Positions 11,025 to 23,960 of a stretch of 64,000 nucleotides of DNA are shown one piece after another (the first letter of the stretch is position 1; every line of letters starts with the position of its first letter). The notes beneath the pieces are model-generated. The model saw only the letters and a list, made by a program, of their open reading frames with translations, ran no database searches and had not been told where the DNA came from. The DNA is from Octopus sinensis (Eukaryota), in NCBI RefSeq assembly GCF_006345805.1, contig NC_043008.1, positions 33,728,001 to 33,792,000 of the forward strand, in the 5' to 3' direction. Made by a program: the position numbers and the translations under genes.

Positions 11025-13092
11025 TGTAGGGTTAAACGACCGTATGTAAGGAGTTGGCGACAAATGTCTCCTTTAGAATGCCGCACGGTCGTTCCCTAAC
11101 ATAAATAAGAAAGCCAAATACATGGATATAAAAAACAGTGCCAAAGGAATGAATGATGACAACAAGCCGTTCTACTGTTTGAGAGAGAAGAGGACTTTAT
11201 TTACAATGTGTACAATGAGAGTGTGTGTGAGTGTTAGCGAGGTGTTGTGTATGTGAGCATGCGACAAGTGTTTGTGTCTGTGTGTCCGTGTGTGCGACAG
11301 AAGGTACAAATAAAGGTGCATGCATATAACAGAGAACAGAGCATAAGATACATCTCAGCATATTGAGTTAAGATAGAGTTAGTTTACCAGTTCATGAGTT
11401 ACACAATAGTAAGTTCTATAACAAGATGTTGTGGCTCATGTGGCAGAGCCGGTTACTACACGTGTAGAAGTTGTGGCTATCATGCCGTACCGAGTCTCTT
11501 GATATAGATAGTTCTTTTGGTAGACTGACTGTTTCTTCTCGGTGAAAGATTCACACAAACAGCGTGAGTTAAACTTGGTCGAGTCGTTGATGTATACATG
11601 TTGAAATTGACGGAGATGTAGACGACGATGGTGGAGACAACGTAAAGCTGTGGGTGTACATTAGCGTCGTCGTAGCTGAAGCAGGAGCATGGCTGGCAGG
11701 CTGGTCGTCTGTCGTTGGAACTGGAACATGGCTGAGTAGCGCTGTGATCAGTGGCTAGACCTTAAAAGGTCTAAATCCGAAAGACGTGGGCGATGTAAGT
11801 ACCGGATACATTCAAAACAGTGTTTTTTTTTATATATGGAGGGGTTAGAGTTAGGGTTTCTATTAGGGTTAGGGTGGGAAAAAAGGGGGATCTTTTCCTT
11901 TTGAACGGCAGTTTTCAACACAATTTCCAGTTAACTAATCACTTTTAAACTTCGTATACTGGTAGAATGTGTCAAAATAAAACATTTTTTTCTCTTGGTT
12001 TTCTTGAGAAAATTGTAATTTGTAAGTTTAATGTAGTTTAATTTTTCGAATTTTAACCAATCCTGTGCCCTCTTTTGAGCTAAAATCATTTGCTGCGTCT
12101 AAAACTGAGACAACATCCTGTCACTAACCCTAACCCTCACCCTAACCCAAACCCTAAATTTTAGCCTTTCGTTTTTTTTTGTCTTAATTGTTAAATTAAT
12201 TTAATTGTTACGTGTGTGTCTAAAATTATTCGTTTTGTTTTTGTTTTGAGTTTTTGCTTTCGTTTTAGCCTTTTGTTTTTTTTTTTTTTTCTTAATTGTT
12301 AAATTAAAATTATCTTCCATTGATTTCGTTTTAGCCTTTCGTTTTTTTTTCTTAATTGTCATCCTTAAATTAATTTAACAAATAAAAAAAAACAAAAAAT
12401 GAAAGGCTAAAATTTAGGGTTACGATTAGTGACAGGATGTTGTCTGTTTTAGACACAGCAAATGATTTTAGCTCGATAGAGGGCATAGGATTGGTTAAAA
12501 TTCGAAAAAGTAAACTACGTTAAACAAACGAATTACAATTTTCTCAAGAAAGCCAAGAGAAAAAAATGTTTTATTTTGACACATTCTACCAGTATACGAA
12601 GTTTAAAGTGTTTAGTTAACTAGAAATTGTGTTGAAAACTGCCATTCAAAAGGAAAAGATCCGACAAGGGTTTCTGTTATCTTCAGAAATGTAAACAAAG
12701 TCACCCTAACACAAACCCTAACCCTAACCTTAACCCTAACCTTAACCCTAACCCTAACCCCCATATATATAAAAAAACACTTTTTGGAAATGTATCTGGT
12801 ACTTCCGGAAGTACACCAGTACTTATATCGTAACATCGCCGAATAGGGTGTAGTGAAAATGCTAGCCTATTTAAGGAGTTAAACTGGCTCAAAGAAGGGC
12901 ATCTTATCCGAAGGTCATGATTGGTTGGCTTTACACCCTGGCGCAAAATAAGTAGAGAGACAACTCGCGCTAGATGCCAACCAGTCAGAGCAGTGGACAC
13001 AACAGGGTCAAACTAGCCAAAGATGGTTGTAATCTCAAACAAAATCATTCTTATTGTGTCTCCCAAAGAGTGAGGATATCAATATCGCTACA
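11025..13092 (-). mobile_element. Solo LTR (Gypsy-like), ~1.0 kb after removing a nested foldback element
   Basis: Termini TGTAG...CTACA and a perfect 4-bp TSD CACT (11021-11024, 13093-13096). AATAAA on the minus strand near 11200. No coding content. Confidence 0.85.
11789..12840. mobile_element. Unclassified foldback/MITE-like element with ~400-bp inverted arms containing (TTAGGG)-like runs
   Basis: Arms begin GGCGATGT..AAGTACC(G/A)GATACATT on both sides. Inner boundary GGATCTTTTCC (11888) / GGAAAAGATCC (12662). A related half-copy lies at 48231-48592. Confidence 0.8.
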
Positions 13093-13479
13093 CACTTCAA
13101 GTCACTGGTCTTCATGCTGCAGAACATTGGCAAACTTGTTCCCTTTTGCTTTACCCCTGGCTTCCCTTTTAGTTGTCTAATATAGACAACTTGCTACTGC
13201 CACACTTCCTGTCCTTCCAAGTCTATTTCTTTACTTTAATGGTCCTGTCAGCTACACTGTTCCACCACCACATCAATCTTGGCCTAGTTGGGACTTTGCA
13301 CCTAGTTATTCCTCTACTGCATTCTTCACATCTTCACCAAACTGTAGCCATTAACATTCAGACTTTCTGCAAGCATTTCATTGATATTGTGCTTCAAAGC
13401 TTCAATACGGTTGTGTCAGGCATTCCAAGAAAAATACATACATGATGCAAAACGCTTCAAGTAAGGTATAGAATCCCTA

Positions 13480-14870
13480 ATGCCTACTCCAATTGCGATC
13501 TCATTTCATGGACTTTCATTTATTACTAACTGCCAAAGTTGTGTTCAAAAAGATTTATTCATTACTCAAGTTTCTTAATATCATATCATAAACTGCTAAC
13601 GAAAATGGTAATTATACATTTTACGCTTATCAACTTGAAGCGACTTCCTAATGCGGGCTAATTCAACTTAAACCATCCATACTATTATATATCCAACATA
13701 CAAGGATATAAAAAAATAATAGGTTTATTAAAAGAAATGGAAAAATAAGCGATGAAATTATTTGGTTTAACCCAAGTTTCAATTCGCAAATAAAATCAAA
13801 AATAAGTCAGGAATTCTTCTGAGCATTAGATAGACATTTCCCAAATGTGCCAAATATCGCAAAATTATCAACAGGCATATGTGACATCTCATGGGAACAC
13901 CGAAATATGTATACACTGGTGGTTCAAGAGACACCTTGAAAAATCGTCTGCACCACTATATTACGTCATTTTCCAATGTAAACAAAAGGTACTCCACATT
14001 ATTATCTAACCTCATCTGGAGGTCTAACATAATTGAATGGAGTATTTGACAAACTGATGTACAATAAAAAATGCTGCACCATACACTAGAACATCGCAGG
14101 TTTTATGCATAGGAAAATCCCTGGAGATCCTCACATCCAGTGAAAACATAATTAATAGACACTCCAAAGTAATCAAATCATGTAAGCATAACAGCAAGGT
14201 ATCATTCCTCGAATTCGAGAAAAACACTAACTGCCTTTAGCATATAATAAAAAACGAGAGGAACATATTAACAACTAAATGAAACAACCATTATTCTTAC
14301 ATGCTATATGCTATACCATTATACCACCAAAAGTAATTAAAAGGACATTTTAACAGAAAATCTTTTGTCAACTCAGACAAGGAACTCCAACAACTGAATA
14401 GTCTTACATATTGACTTTACTACATCTGAATTTACCAAGAGGCCACCTGCTATAACTAAAGTCAAACCAATGAACTATACAACCCATCCTGATATCTGCA
14501 TACTCCAATATCAAAATGAGTCTAACATCACCACACACACACCTCTTCTCTGCTTTATAACTACCATTCCTTTCTCTCTCTCCATCATTTTCTATTCCTC
14601 CCTGCCAGATACACACAGAAATGCCCTCATACCTCAATCAACCTTTACATTGATCAAAATTGATAAACAAACCTCAGTTATACATCTACTGCTTACATCA
14701 ACAACATAAATGCTATATCGCCTGAAGTAATGAAAGCATGAATATGATCCACCTGATGTCCATGGATTCTACGGACAGTACTGTGATCATCCCAGGGATA
14801 CAGACTATGATTGTAAAAAACGTGATTTGTAGAAACGTGCATAGTGACGCATTAAAATATTTATAAATTC
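13480..14870 (+). mobile_element. Degenerate Penelope-like element (Naiad/Chlamys-type linker plus GIY-YIG endonuclease)
   Basis: EIIWFNPSFNSQIKSKISQEFF*ALDRHFP...KIINRH, then YTGGSRDTLKNRLHHYITSFSNVNKRYSTLLSNLIW...IEWSI. This matches the IIWFNPP / GIY-YIG motif order of these PLEs. Confidence 0.7.
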
Positions 14871-14877
14871 CATCCAT

Positions 14878-15700
<823 letters not shown>

Positions 15701-15744
15701 ATCAGGGCATTTATTATTATTATTATTTCTTCGTAACACAGTGA

Positions 15745-16460
15745 AGAAAAAAATTTACCGGAGTCTTTATTTATCTGTCAAGTCACGACAAGGACTTCAG
15801 ATAGATAATACTTTCCTTAAAATGTGCACTGTGCCCAATAAGGCTGCTTTTTGCAAAACATCAATTTTGTATGGGATTTCCAGTTACCTTAAGAAGTTTT
15901 GAAGTTTCAATGAGATTGAGCCCGATGCTCCGATCACCACTGGTTTCACTTTTACATTATCCTTTCGCATTCGATATAGTCTTGCCATTTCCACTTTCAA
16001 TTCGGAGTACTTGGTGATTTTAAAAATTTCTTTACTTACAACATTCGTGTCGTTTTTATGGCTACATCAATAATCTAACAGTATTAGTTTCTATTATTGA
16101 ATATGATAATATCCGACCGACGGTGTTCGATTACACGATTCGACTGAAAATCACAGTCCCAGAGTATCGTTAATTTTCCATTCTCCTGCATAACTTTACT
16201 TGGTACATGCTCATACCAGTTCTCTTTTGATTTGCATAATCTGCATTGGGAATCTATTTGGATTTTGTCTACCTTGACTTTTATCCGATTAGTCCTTAAT
16301 GCTTGATCTTGTGCAACTGCTTTCTGTCTCCCTCTTCAGCTTTCCGTTCTGCAACCATAACCATGTTTCACTACTACTGTTTGCTGCAATTATCTTTGGG
16401 AATCTATCATGCAATGCCTTCTCCTGCCAGTCAGAAAATTTCTGTTCTTCTTCTTGGTTT
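15745..16460 (-). mobile_element. R4/Dong-like RLE LINE 3' fragment (degenerate)
   Basis: WQEKALH..TWLWLQNGKLKRETES, then KITKYSELKVEMARLY..VKPVVIGASG..LQKAALLGTVHILRKV. (AAT)n follows its 3' end. Confidence 0.8.
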
Positions 16461-16469
16461 TTAACTTGT

Positions 16470-16880
16470 GGTAGAGGTAGAACCTGTGGTAGAGGTAGAC
16501 CCAGGAAGATATGGGATAAGGTGGAGAAGCACGATCTTCACACTTTGGGCATCACTGAGGCAATGACTAGTGACTGAGACCTTTAGTGATATGCTGTGCT
16601 TGAGAAGACCTGTCAAGCGAAATGAAATCGTAGCCATGGCTGATGCTGGTGTCACATAACTGGCCCCCATGCCAGTGGCATGTAAAAAAGCACCTTTTAA
16701 GCATGGCATATGGAAAGCTCTTTCCAAGTATTAGGCCTCATGGAGGCAATGATGACTGACCGAAACCTTTGGAATTATGTTGTTCTTGAGAAGAAGACCC
16801 ATCAAGCCAAGTAAAATCAGACTGGAGTGTAGTGTAGCCTTCCAGCTTGCCAGCCCTGGTTAAACAGTCCAACCCATGCC
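16470..16880 (+). mobile_element. RTE 3'-end fragment
   Basis: CGRGRPRKIWDKVEKHDLHTLGITEAMTSD plus the family 3' UTR CCAACCCATGCCAACATGG. Confidence 0.8.
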
Positions 16881-17415
16881 AACATGGGCATGATTATATA
16901 TATAAATGTTAGAACTTACTGTGGACAAGGTTGCATGGCGTTTGATTATAAATAAATAAAAAGTATTCATGAAGTACAGGACATCACCAATGAGTGAAAA
17001 ATATGTAAACAAACTAGAGACAAGTACAGGACAAAATGCCAAAAGAAGGTAACACTCCTCATCAGTTGCTGACTGTTTTACTACTCCCTATTTCGTGCTT
17101 TCAATGACAAGATAGGAAAATTTTATGCACAGCAGCATCCAGAAATATTTAAAATATAAAATTTGTGAAGAGTTAGGGTTTTGAACGAACGAACAACAAC
17201 AAAGAGGATGTACAGAGTAAACAATCAACAAAGACAACTATTAAGGGCCAGTAGTTAAAATGTACAGAAAACAAAAGACAAAGACAAGTGACAGCACAAC
17301 AAGTATTATTATGATGCTTGGGAAAATTGTGTGCATATGAGAGTATGTGTGTGTATGTGTATAAGTAACACAGTGCATGCACTATGTGGAGTGGTGTTTG
17401 TTCTGTGTATTTATG

Positions 17416-19907
17416 TATACATAAAGACCGTCTAAAAACAACTTGGATGCATCCCCGGTCCAAACATTGGCATCTACTTGACTATGTTCTTGTACGCCAG
17501 CGGGACCTGAAAGACGTTTTACACACAAGAGTGATGCCCAGTGCAGAGTGCCACACCGACTATCGCCTTGTCCACTGCAAGCTCAAACTGCAGTTCAAAC
17601 CCAAACCCAAGAAGAAAGGTAACCCCATAAAGAAACTCAATGTCCACAGCTTGTTCCGGGAGGAAGTGAAAATCAAGTTCCAAGCAAACCTGCAGCAAAG
17701 ATTAGATGAATCCCCCTGCACTGATGACACCACACCAGACACCTTGTGGGAGAACCTGAAATCAGCCATTCTTAAGACATCTATGGAAGTTCTCGGGCAC
17801 ACAAAGAAGAAAATCAAGGACTGGTTTGATGAAAATGACAAGGAGATCCAGGAATTACTAGCAAGGAAGAGGGCTACCTGGCGTGGAGAACCAGCTGTGC
17901 GCTGACCTCGGAGACTATAGAGGCTTCTATGAGGCTCTGAAAGCAGTGTATGGCCCCACCCACCTGGCCCAGAGTCCCCTACGCAGTTCAGATGGACAAG
18001 ACCTCCTCACCGATAACAGCTCCATCTTCGCTAGCTGGTCCGAGCACTTCCAAAGCCTTCACATTCCTCAACTTCCACTCAAAGAGGAGCTCAACGAACC
18101 ACCCACCCTCGAAGAAACGATTGAAGCCATAGGACAACTCAAGAGCGCAAAGCAGCAGGAGTTGACGGCATTCCACCAGAAATCTGGAAAAATGGAGGTC
18201 CGATGCTCCATGACAAGCTCCATGATTTTCTTGTCTGCTGCTGGGAGCAGAGCAAGCTGTCACAGGATGTTTTTTATGTCGTCATCATAACCCTGTACAA
18301 GAACAAGGGTGAAAAGTCTGACTGCTCCAACTACCGGGGAATCACCCTACTCTCCATCGCCGGCAAAGTACTTGCCAGGATCTTGCTCAACAGGCTAGTA
18401 CCAACCATCACTGAAGAAAACCTCCCCGAGAGGCAGTGTGGCTTGAGAGCCAACAGAGGCACCACGGATATGGTGTTCGTCCTCCGCCAACTCCAGGAGA
18501 AGTGCCAAGAACAAAACAGGGGACTCTATGTTACTTTCATCGACCTTACAAAAGCATTTGACACAGTGAGCAGGACAGGACTATGGCTCATCCTGGAACG
18601 ACTTGGCTGTCCCACCAAGTTTCTACAGATGGTGATCCAGCTGCATGAGAATCAGCGTGGTCAGATCAGACTCAATGCTGACCTGTCAGAGCCCTTCCTC
18701 ATTTCCAACGGCGTGAAGCAGGGTTGTGTCCTGGCACCGACTCTCTTCAGCATCTTCTTCAGCATGATGATCAAGCATGCAACTGAAGATATGTAGGATG
18801 AGGATGGGGTGTATGTTAGGTATCGGCTGGATGGCAGTCTCTTCAATCTACGGCGCCTCCAATCCCACACCAAGACCCAGAAGAGGGTGATCCGAGACCT
18901 TCTCTTCGCAGACGACACTGTCCTTGTCACCCACACAGAGCGAGCTCTGCAGCGCATCACGTCCTGCTTTGCAGACGCCTCGCGGCTCTTTGGCCTGGAG
19001 GTCAGCCTCAAGAAGACGGAGGCACTTCACGAACCTACACCCCAAGAGGAATACCGCCCACCCCACGTCACTATCTGCAGTACTGAACTGAAGTCAATAG
19101 AGCAGTTTACATACCTGGGCTGCATCATCTCATCCGATGCAAGGATTGACAGGGAAATTGACAATAGACTTTCTAAGGCAAATAGCTCCTTTGGCAGATT
19201 CTACAATCGTGTTTGGCACAATGGTGGCCTGAAGAACAAAACAAAGATCAGTGTCTACAAGGCCGTGGTTCTCACCACTCTTCTCTATGGCTCAGAGACC
19301 TGGATCACTTACCGCAGTCACATCTGTCTCCTTGAGTGCTTCCACCAGCGATGTCTCCGCACCATCCTCAACATTCACTGGAGTGACTTCGTCACAAACA
19401 TTGAAGTCTTGGAGTGGTCCGAGATACCCAGCACTGAAGCCATGCTACTAATGTACCACCTCCGATGGGCAGGGCATGTCTCCAGAATGGAGGACCATCA
19501 CCTTCCAAAGATTGCCCTGTTTGGTGAACTCTCCACCGGCCACCAACCGAGAGGAGCTCCGAGGAAGCACTACAAAGACTGCCTCAAGAAGTCTCTAACA
19601 GCATGTCAAATTAACCCCCAATGCTGGTCAGACCTGGCTGCGGACCATGATGTCTGGCGCCACATGATCTTCAACGCAGTCAGCAAGTTTGAGGAACAAA
19701 GAAGAGATGCACTTAAAGACAAGAGACGCAGGAGGAAGGCGTGAGCTGCCTCTGACACCACACTGGATATTATCTTCATCTGTGGACACTGTTCAAGGAC
19801 CTGCCTTTCCCATATCAGACTTGTCAGTCATGAGCATGCATGCATGCGACATGGACAGCCTTCCTGATCTTCGTTCGCAAAGCCAAGCCATGAGATGAGA
19901 TGAGATG
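17416..19907 (+). mobile_element. 5'-truncated RTE-1/BovB-like LINE (end of APE domain plus RT), few disablements
   Basis: TWMHPRSKHWHLLDYVLVR..ECHTD; YRGITLLSIAGKVLARILLNRL; QCG.RANRGTTDMVF; FIDLTKAFD; GVKQGCVLAP; LLFADD; FTYLG; HLRWAGHV. 3' end TTCGTTCGCAAAGCCAAGCC plus (ATGAG)n. Confidence 0.95.
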
Positions 19908-20208
19908 TGTGTGTGTGGATGTGTGTATATGTGTGAGAGTGTGAGAGGCTGTGTATAACAACGTGTGTGTGTGTCTGTATTTGTCCCCATCACCACTTGA
20001 TAACACATGTTGGTGTGTTTATGTCCCCATACCTTACCAATTCAGCAGAAGAAACTTATAAAGTAAGTAATAGGCTTAAAAAGCAAAAAAATACTGGAGT
20101 TCATTCCTGTGACCAAAATTCTCCAAAGAAGTGCCCCAGTATGGCTGCAGTTTAAAGACTGAAACAAGTAACATCTGAAAGATAAAAATTCTGTTTAAAT
20201 ATCTAGAT

Positions 20209-20488
20209 CAGAGGTTCTCAAACTTTGTGGGCCACTGCCCCACCTCATGGCCACATAATACCCTCAGCATCCCCACCCCTATTTTTATGTAAAATAAAAA
20301 CTTTATATTTTACTAATTTATATATATTAAGAATCATTTGATATTTAATATTATTATAAGAGTCCCCCAATCCACTGCCTTTCTCCCAATGCCTCCTTTT
20401 CCTCTACCACACCCTCAGATACCAGCGCCTACCTGGACCCTCTCAATGCCAACCTGTTGGGTGGTAGCACCCACTTTGAGAACCTATG
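20209..20488. mobile_element. hAT (Charlie-type) MITE
   Basis: TIRs CAGAGGTTCTCAAA / TTTGAGAACCTATG and a perfect 8-bp TSD ATCTAGAT. A second copy lies at 60707-61036. Confidence 0.9.
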
Positions 20489-20802
20489 ATCTAGATCAAT
20501 AGCATAATACTACAGGTAAAAACAACCATTGACATGAAAGATACAACTAATATTCAGAAAATCTTTGAAATAATATTGATTTTTAATTTTGATTTCTAAT
20601 ATTGGCACAAGGCCAGCAATTTTGGTGGAGAGTATATGTCCATTTCATTCAACCCAATATTCAACTAGTGCTTATTTTGTTGACCCTGAAAGAATGAATG
20701 GCAAAGTTGACCTTGGCAGTCATTTGAATAGTATCAATTTTTCATCAAATTAATTTAAGTTTTTTTTCCAATTTCTGACACTAATTATCAATAATTCTTC
20801 AG

Positions 20803-20874
20803 GCTCTGTGGATTGGAATAAAAGTTACAAAAGCGCAAAAGATCTACAAATACAGAACAATACAACGTCAAAAG
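20803..20874 (+). CDS. Host gene exon, repeat cassette 1: (S)SVDWNKSYKSAKDLQIQNNTTSK
   Basis: ttcttcAG / GTATGT, 72 nt, phase 1-1, open. N-glycan sequons NKS, NNT, NTT. Confidence 0.75.
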
Positions 20875-21679
20875 GTATGTTTCAAAATAATATATATATT
20901 AAGCATATTTGTAGTGTGCTACCAAATCAGATATTTATTTGTTTAAATTTGTGCCATTATCTATTTCAATCTTAGTAAAATATTAATAAACATATGGAGA
21001 CAGCAAATTCAGGAAATTACACTTCCATTGTTTTTCCAAAATTGCAGTTACTATCAATTGGTTACAACTCCTGACCGATGTGTCATCATTTTTTTCTCAT
21101 GAGTTAGAATTTGGGCTCAAAATGTACAATGCTGGAACAGCTACATCAAGGCAGCCTATCCTATTCTCGAATAATTCTGCCAAACACCTAATTGAGACTT
21201 GTAACATTCTTTTATGAACCCCAAACAAATGAGAGTCAAGACTGATTCCAATGGGATTTGAATTCAAAGAGCAAAGATTTGCAACAAATACTAGAAAGCT
21301 TCAGACTAGTACCCTGTTGAATCTGACAGTTCAGTATGTAATAAGCACTCCATTTGTCTCTATCTGGTTGAGGCAATTAAGAAATTTCCTTTCCATGCAG
21401 GTCGATTAATCTACTGGTAGCAGTAATAAAATAATCAATTTGTATCAAATTCATTTTATGCAATTATCAATCATGTTTTATATATCAGAGACATGTCCAT
21501 CATTGCAAGTGATCAAGATAATGTGACCTGCCAACCTCAAAACACGGTATTTGTATTGGGAATCATGTGTTGGAATATCTACAGATGGGGTACCTCTACA
21601 GTAGGCCCTATTAAATGTTTCATATCGCATAAAAGCAAAATCCAAATTTTGTATATCATTCAAGTGTTGTCGTTGCCAG

Positions 21680-21950
21680 TGCCGCCAGACTGGCTCCCAT
21701 GCAGGTAACACATAAAAAACACCTATTGAGTGTGGTCATTGCCAGAACTGAGTGTTGTCATTGCCCCTGTGTCAGTGGCACGTAAAAGCACTTACTACAC
21801 TCTTGGAGTGGTTGGCATTAGGAAGGGCATCCAGCTGTAGAAACTTTGCCAGATCAGATTGAGCCTGGAGCAGCCTTCTGGCTCACCAGTCCTTAGTCAA
21901 ACCATCCAACCCATGCCAGCATGGAAAGCGGACGTTAAACGACAATGACA
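21680..21950 (+). mobile_element. RTE-tail-type short repeat
   Basis: GGAGTGGTTGGCATTAGGAAGGGCATCCAGCTGTAGAAAC..CCAACCCATGCCAGCATGG. Also at 25950-26170, 41290-41715 and 61590-61750. Confidence 0.75.
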
Positions 21951-22193
21951 ATCTATTGCTTTTTACATAGAGAGGGACTAGTTTTAAAAACATTACGAGT
22001 TAAAGCAAGTTTTAAACAAAATCCAAAAACCAAATTAAACCAAACAGTTAAATTTATACTACACTTAATTACAGCCATTGATATGAAAGGCAAAATTTAA
22101 TATTCAGAAAATCTTTGAACATATATTAATTTTTCCTGTAATGAATTTAAGTTTTTCTCCAGTTTCTGAAAGTAATTATCTACAATCTTTTAG

Positions 22194-22268
22194 GCTCTAT
22201 GGATAGGAATTATTCAAGTGACACCAGCACAATGGATTCACAAATACAGAATGAACTAAAGCCAAATA
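22194..22268 (+). CDS. Host gene exon, repeat cassette 2: (G)SMDRNYSSDTSTMDSQIQNELKPN
   Basis: cttttAG / GTATGT, 75 nt, phase 1-1, open. Paralogous to 20803-20874 (S.D.N ... QIQN). Confidence 0.75.
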
Positions 22269-23379
22269 GTATGTATTAAAATAATATATGTTTTAGGCAT
22301 ATTTGCAGTATGCTTCTGAATTGAATGTTGTTTATTTTTTTAAATCTTGTGTCATCATCTACTTCAATTTTAGCAACATATTGATAAACATATGGCAACA
22401 TCAAATTCAGGAAATTACATTTCTATTGTTTTCCCAAAATTGCAGTTACTATCTATTGGCAACAAATCCTGACAAAAGTGTCACCATTTTTCTGTGATGA
22501 GGCAGAAATTGAGTGCATGGGACATCCCATTCTATTCTCTAACAATTCTCCCAATCAACTACTCCAGATTAGTAACTTTCTTATATTCACCCCAAACAGA
22601 TAAAAATTAAGGTCAAGTTTGATCTCAATAGGATTTAAATTCAAAGAGCAGAGAATTAGAACAAATACTGCCAAGCTTTCAGTCTGGTACCCTATTAAAT
22701 CTGACACTTCAGTGTGTAATACGTACACTGAGCTGCTTAATAAGTTTCCATTCCATGTAAGCTGATGAAGGTGTTTTTAACATTTTAAAATGGAATAGTA
22801 TTGGTAATCATGGTATTTGTATTGGTAAAACATGGAATTTGTATTGGTAATCATGTGTCGGAATATCTACACAAGGGGTATCTCTACAGTAGGATCCATT
22901 AAACATTTCATACCACTTGCATAAAAGCAAAATCCAAATTTTGTGTACATCCATTGCTTTTTACATAGAGAGGTACTAGCTTTAGAAGCATTACAAATTG
23001 AGTTAATATAAGTATTAAACCAAACAGTGAAAATTATCAGTTATAATTGGTGTCCAATTTTGGCACAATCCAGCAATTTCAAGGGAAGGACTAAATTGAT
23101 TTGAACAACCTAAGGGCTCAACTGGTACTTATTTTATTAATCCTAAAACAATGAAAGTCAAAGTTAACCTTGCCACCATTTGAACTCAAATGTGAATATG
23201 AGTGAAATACTTCAAAGCACTTTGTCCAGGGTCATAATGATTATACTGGTTCACCACACTTTATTAAAAGTACAGCATTAAAGTCACAAATGTTTAAGCA
23301 AATCTCCCTTAAAATTCATGTTAAGGGAGGTTACTTTTACAGACAGAAGTCAGAATGGTTTTAAAAGGTAAGGTGCTAA

Positions 23380-23960
23380 TCCACAGAATTAAAATGCAGA
23401 AAAAATTACTTGCGTTTTTTAAAGAAAAATGTATGACAGATTTAGTGAATATCTTTGATGAGAATATATTAGTAAGTTAAACAAAAATATTAGCTCAACT
23501 AAATATTGGAAACACAATCATTCAAGGTAGAAATGAAAATATTTTCAATAATTTTAATTGCAGTTGATTATTTTGGTAAGCTGTAAGTAAAAATTGATTT
23601 CTATTTTCCATACCTGATTGGATAATGGTATGATATGGTTAGACCTTCTTTCATACATATTCCATCTGATACTGGTTTGAAATTAGGTGAAAATTAAAAT
23701 AAAGTACATTTGGAATCATTTGGGATTGCTGTTCAGATTTGTTGCAAGTTTTTATTTCATAATTAAGTGAATTGTGATTTTCAACTTTCAATAACACTAA
23801 AAATCTGAGATCAAAGAGAATTAGTTGCATTGAAGATTGAATGAATATCTCATTATAACAAATAAATCCAAACAAAAACATTGAAAACAGCAAAAAGTTA
23901 CCTAATATGTGTTCTACCTCGGATAGAATGCTTCAGTTGTTGAATAAAGAAAGGTAAGTA
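23380..23960 (+). mobile_element. Highly decayed hAT (Charlie/Buster-like) transposase remnant
   Basis: LAFFKEK..DLVNIFDE..LAQLN..IQGRNENI resembles the LAYLxDIF..LN..LQG motif. Many stops. Confidence 0.4.

Larger units (their letters stand above)
8840..13460 (-). mobile_element. 5'-truncated RTE-clade LINE (RT pseudogene), interrupted by a solo LTR
   Basis: Minus-strand fragments MLHSSETW..RLERNE..LCWLC..QERQLHCYSYVMHMDED..RGTPRKT, RT pieces at 9678-10800, and ENCDVVGKKCIHMDD. (CAT)n tail at ~8840. Reading continues across the insertion as HEDQ*LEV|FWFAKQ. Confidence 0.9.

Noticed and set aside
12700-12762. (CCCTAA)n as a true telomere or chromosome-fusion scar
   Set aside because: Short, degenerate, and symmetrically embedded in the arms of a dispersed inverted-repeat element.
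21490-21546. Candidate exon DMSIIASDQDNVTCQPQNT in the first duplicated unit
   Set aside because: It would be phase 1-0, incompatible with neighbouring exons, and has no counterpart in the other unit copies.
23927-23953. Strong donor AAAG|GTAAGT with nearby AGs
   Set aside because: Phase-1 readings contain stops, and it lies within a decayed hAT transposase remnant.
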